From: Lingula anatina
Taxonomy: Eukaryota; Animalia; Brachiopoda
Length of the DNA stretch: 64,000 nucleotides
Assembly (NCBI GenBank): GCA_051362555.1
Contig: CM120649.1
Location: 5,766,001 to 5,830,000 of the forward strand
Reading direction: 5' to 3'
In this document: positions 60,601-64,000 of the stretch, piece by piece
How positions within the stretch are numbered: position 1 is the stretch's first letter
Layout of the letters: each line of letters opens with the position of its first letter
Notes under the pieces: generated by a model
The model's input: only the letters and a program-made list of their open reading frames with translations
Database searches by the model: none
What the model was told of the DNA's origin: nothing
Made by a program: the position numbers and the translations under genes

Positions 60601-63600
60601 AACAGCATAATGACCATCAATTTTTAATAATAAAATATTAGTATCATGGATATTCAGAAAATGTGACTAGCAAAGGTCTTCAAGCCCGTGGAGGTTCTAA
60701 GTCACACCTTGAAAATGCCAATAAATGAATAATTAAATTTTCACAAAAAACTGTTTAATTGCCAGAAAAATTTACCAAACAGACTGCATTGCCTACTGAA
60801 GCTATATTTTAGTCCCATGTTTCTTTCCTGTAAGTTTGAGAACAGTGAGTGATATGATTTTCCTTAAATGATCATCATGGGAACAGTGCCCAAAATAGGG
60901 GTTTCTTCAAATTTTGATGCAATATTACATAATGTTTAACAGCATAATGACCATCAATTTTTAATAATAAAATATTAGTATCATGGATATTCAGAAAATG
61001 TGACCAGCAAAGGTCTTCAGGACCATGGAACTTCAAAGTCACATCTTGAAAATGCCAAAATGTAAACAAGACAGCACTTTTCTGAAATGGGTTTATTTCC
61101 ATTTTTAACACTTTTTTAACATAAAACAAAATTAACAATTAACTGCTATTTTTATATGACCAACTAATAAAATTGATGAGATGGGGAAAATATCAATAGA
61201 ACAGTGTTAAATGTCCAATTTCCTCCATCTAAGATTCTGAACATAGTGGATGATTGAATATGACAAATTGCAATGATATGTGTTTATTTCCAGTTTTGAC
61301 ACTTCATTACACAATACATGATAACAAATTTACCATCATTTTTACATAATCAACTGACAATGTAGTAAAGATGCAGGAAATGTCAAACAAACACTTTTAT
61401 GTATCTTATTAGTTCAATAATGAGACTATTAACATGCCTAAGAATTGAATCTGAGGAAATGTAAAAAAAAAAGAATAACTTCTAAAATAATGGACCGATT
61501 ATGCTGATTTTCATACTCAACCTATGTTTTAGTAAGATTGACCACTCTTGTGAGTAAAATGACAATTTGCCTATCTGTTTTTCTTATATTGTATTATCAG
61601 TGTTGTATATATGCTAAAAAAAATGAAAAAACAGCATAACTTCTATAAAAGTGGCTCTATCATGCTGTTTTTCAAACTTGACCTGCGTATTATGAATATT
61701 CATCAGTTCTGTAAGTTTCAAGCCAAAAGGTAAAATGGTATTTCACATATCGTGTTATCGGTGCTGCATATATGCTGAGAAAAGTGAAATAAAGATGCAA
61801 ATAAGTGAAAAATTAAATTTTCACAAAAAACTGTTAAATTGCCAGAAAATTTTACCAAACAGACTGCGTTGCCTATTGAAGCTGTATGTTAGACCCATGT
61901 TTCTTTCCTGTAAGTTTGAGAACAGTAAGTGACATGATTTCCCTTAAATGGTCATCATAGGAGCAGTGCCCAAAATAGGGGTTTCTTCAAATTTTGATGC
62001 AACATTACATAATGTTTAATAGCATAATGACAATCAAATGTTATTAATAAAATATTAGTAACATAGACATTCAGAAAATGTGACAAGCAAAAGTCTTCAG
62101 TATCATGGAACTTTAAAGTCACACCTTGAAAATGCCAATATGTGAAAAATTAAATTTTCACAAAAAACTGTTTAACTGCCAAAAAAAAAAAAAAAAAAAA
62201 AAAATACCAAACAGACCGCATTGCCTACTGAAGCTGTATTTTAGTCCCATGTTTCTATCCTGTAAGTTTGAGAACAGTAAGTGACATGATTTTCCTTAAA
62301 TGGTCATCATGGAAGCAGTGCCCGAAATGGGGGTTTCTTCAAATTTTGATGCAATATTACATAATGTTTAACAGCTTAATGACCATCAATTTTTAATTAT
62401 AAAATATTTGTATCACAGATATTCAGAAAATGTGACTAGCAAAGGTCTTCAGGCCCATGGAACTTCAAAGTCACGCCTTGATAATGCCAAAATGTAAACA
62501 AGACAGCACTGTTCTGAAATGGGTTTATTTCCATTTTTAACACTTTTTTAACATAAAACAAAATAAACATTTTACTGCCATTTTTATATGTCCAACTAAG
62601 AAAATTGATGAGATGGGAAAAGTATCAATAGAACAGTGTTAAATGTCCAATTTCCTCCATTCTGAGTTTCTGAACATAGTGGATGATTGAATCTGACAAA
62701 CTGCAATGATATGAGTTTATTTCCATTTTTGACACTTTATTACACAATACATGATAACAAGTTTACCATGTTTTTTACATAATCAACTAACAATGTTGTA
62801 AAGATGCAGGAAATATCAAACAAACACTTTTAGGCATCTTATTAGTTAAATAATGAGACTGTTAACATGCCTAATAATTGAATCTGAGGAAATGTGAAAA
62901 AACAGTATAACTTCTTAAGTAATGGCCCGATTATGCTTATTTTCGAACTCAACCTGCGTTTTAGTAAGATTGACCACTCCTGTGAGTATAATTACAATTG
63001 GCCAATCCGTTTTTCTTATATTGTGTTATCAGTGTTGCATTTATATTGAAAATAGTGAAAAAAACAGCATAAATTACCTAAAAGTGACCCGATCATGCTG
63101 ATTTTCGAACTTGACCTGCGTATTATGAATATTCATCAGTTCTGTAAGTTTCAAGTCAAAAGGTAAAATGGTTTTCCACTTATCGTGTTATCGGTGCTGC
63201 ATATATGCTGAAAAAAGTGAAAAAACAGCATAAATTCCCTAAAAGTGACCCGATCATGCTGATTTTCGAACTTGACCTGCGTATTATGAATTTTCATCAG
63301 TTCTGTAAGTTTCAAGTCAAAAGGTAAAATGGTTTTCCACTTATCGTGTTATCGGTGCTGCATATATGCTGAAAAAAGTGAAAAAACAGCATAAATTCCC
63401 TAAAAGTGACCCGATCATGCTGATTTTCGAACTTGACCTGCGTATTATGAATATTCATCAGTTCTGCAAGTTTCAAGTCAAAAGGTAAAATGGTTTTCCA
63501 CTTATCGTGTTATCGGTAAAAGTGCACGGCGACGGCGACGACGGCGACGACGGCGACAGCGACGACGGCGACGACAGACGCAGATGATGGCTATATGTAC

Positions 63601-64000
63601 AGACACATCTGTGTCTGTACATAAAAACAGCATAAATTCCCTAAAAGTGACCCGATCATGCTGATTTTCGAACTTGACCTGCGTATTATGAATATTCATC
63701 AGTTCTGTAAGTTTCAAGTCAAAAGGTAAAATGGTTTTCCACTTATCGTGTTATCGGTACTGCATATATGCTGAAAAAAGTGAAAAAACAGCATAAATTC
63801 CCTAATAGTGACCCGATCATGCTGATTTTGAACTTGACCTGCCTATTATGAATATTCATCAGTTCTGCAAGTTTCAAGTCAAAAGGTAAAATGGTTTTGC
63901 ACTTATCGTGTTATCGGTAAAAGTGCACGGCGACGACGGCGACGACGGCGACGACAGACGCAGATGATGGCTATATGTACAGACACATCTGTGTCTGTAC
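57623..64000 (-). mobile_element. Nested HINE cluster: outer copy 57623-59108 plus 63624->64000; inner copy 59109-63623
   Basis: Two left termini (57623, 59109) and two right hairpin termini (about 63594-63622 and about 63974-64000). The 161-bp unit broken at gtgaa| (59108) resumes as aaaacagcataaattccc at about 63624. Confidence 0.88.

Overview
AT-rich, intron-rich animal genomic DNA, probably from an invertebrate; a mollusc or other lophotrochozoan is inferred from repeat style only. Most ORF-track entries are microsatellite or repeat noise, and the real genes were assembled by hand from GT-AG splice sites with phase checks. Minus strand: (1) the 5' part of a myosin-XVI (MYO16) ortholog, ankyrin repeats plus motor head, running off the left edge; (2) two intact tandem METTL24-like methyltransferase genes of 293 aa each; (3) a complete CCDC39 ciliary gene; (4) the 3' cytoplasmic-tail exons of a gene tentatively like an SLC9/NHE exchanger. 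Plus strand: a small putative type-II membrane protein gene whose second coding exon was duplicated. A tandem duplication (about 19.65-25.69 kb and 25.69-36.02 kb) has a readable junction at a (GA)n tract that captured a CCDC39 fragment. About a fifth of the window is one Helentron/HINE-like non-autonomous element family carrying polarised 161-bp and 337-bp repeat arrays, including a copy inserted into itself and a second HINE family nested inside it. Several MITEs have empty sites visible in the paralogous copy. No database searches were run; family assignments come from recalled motifs.
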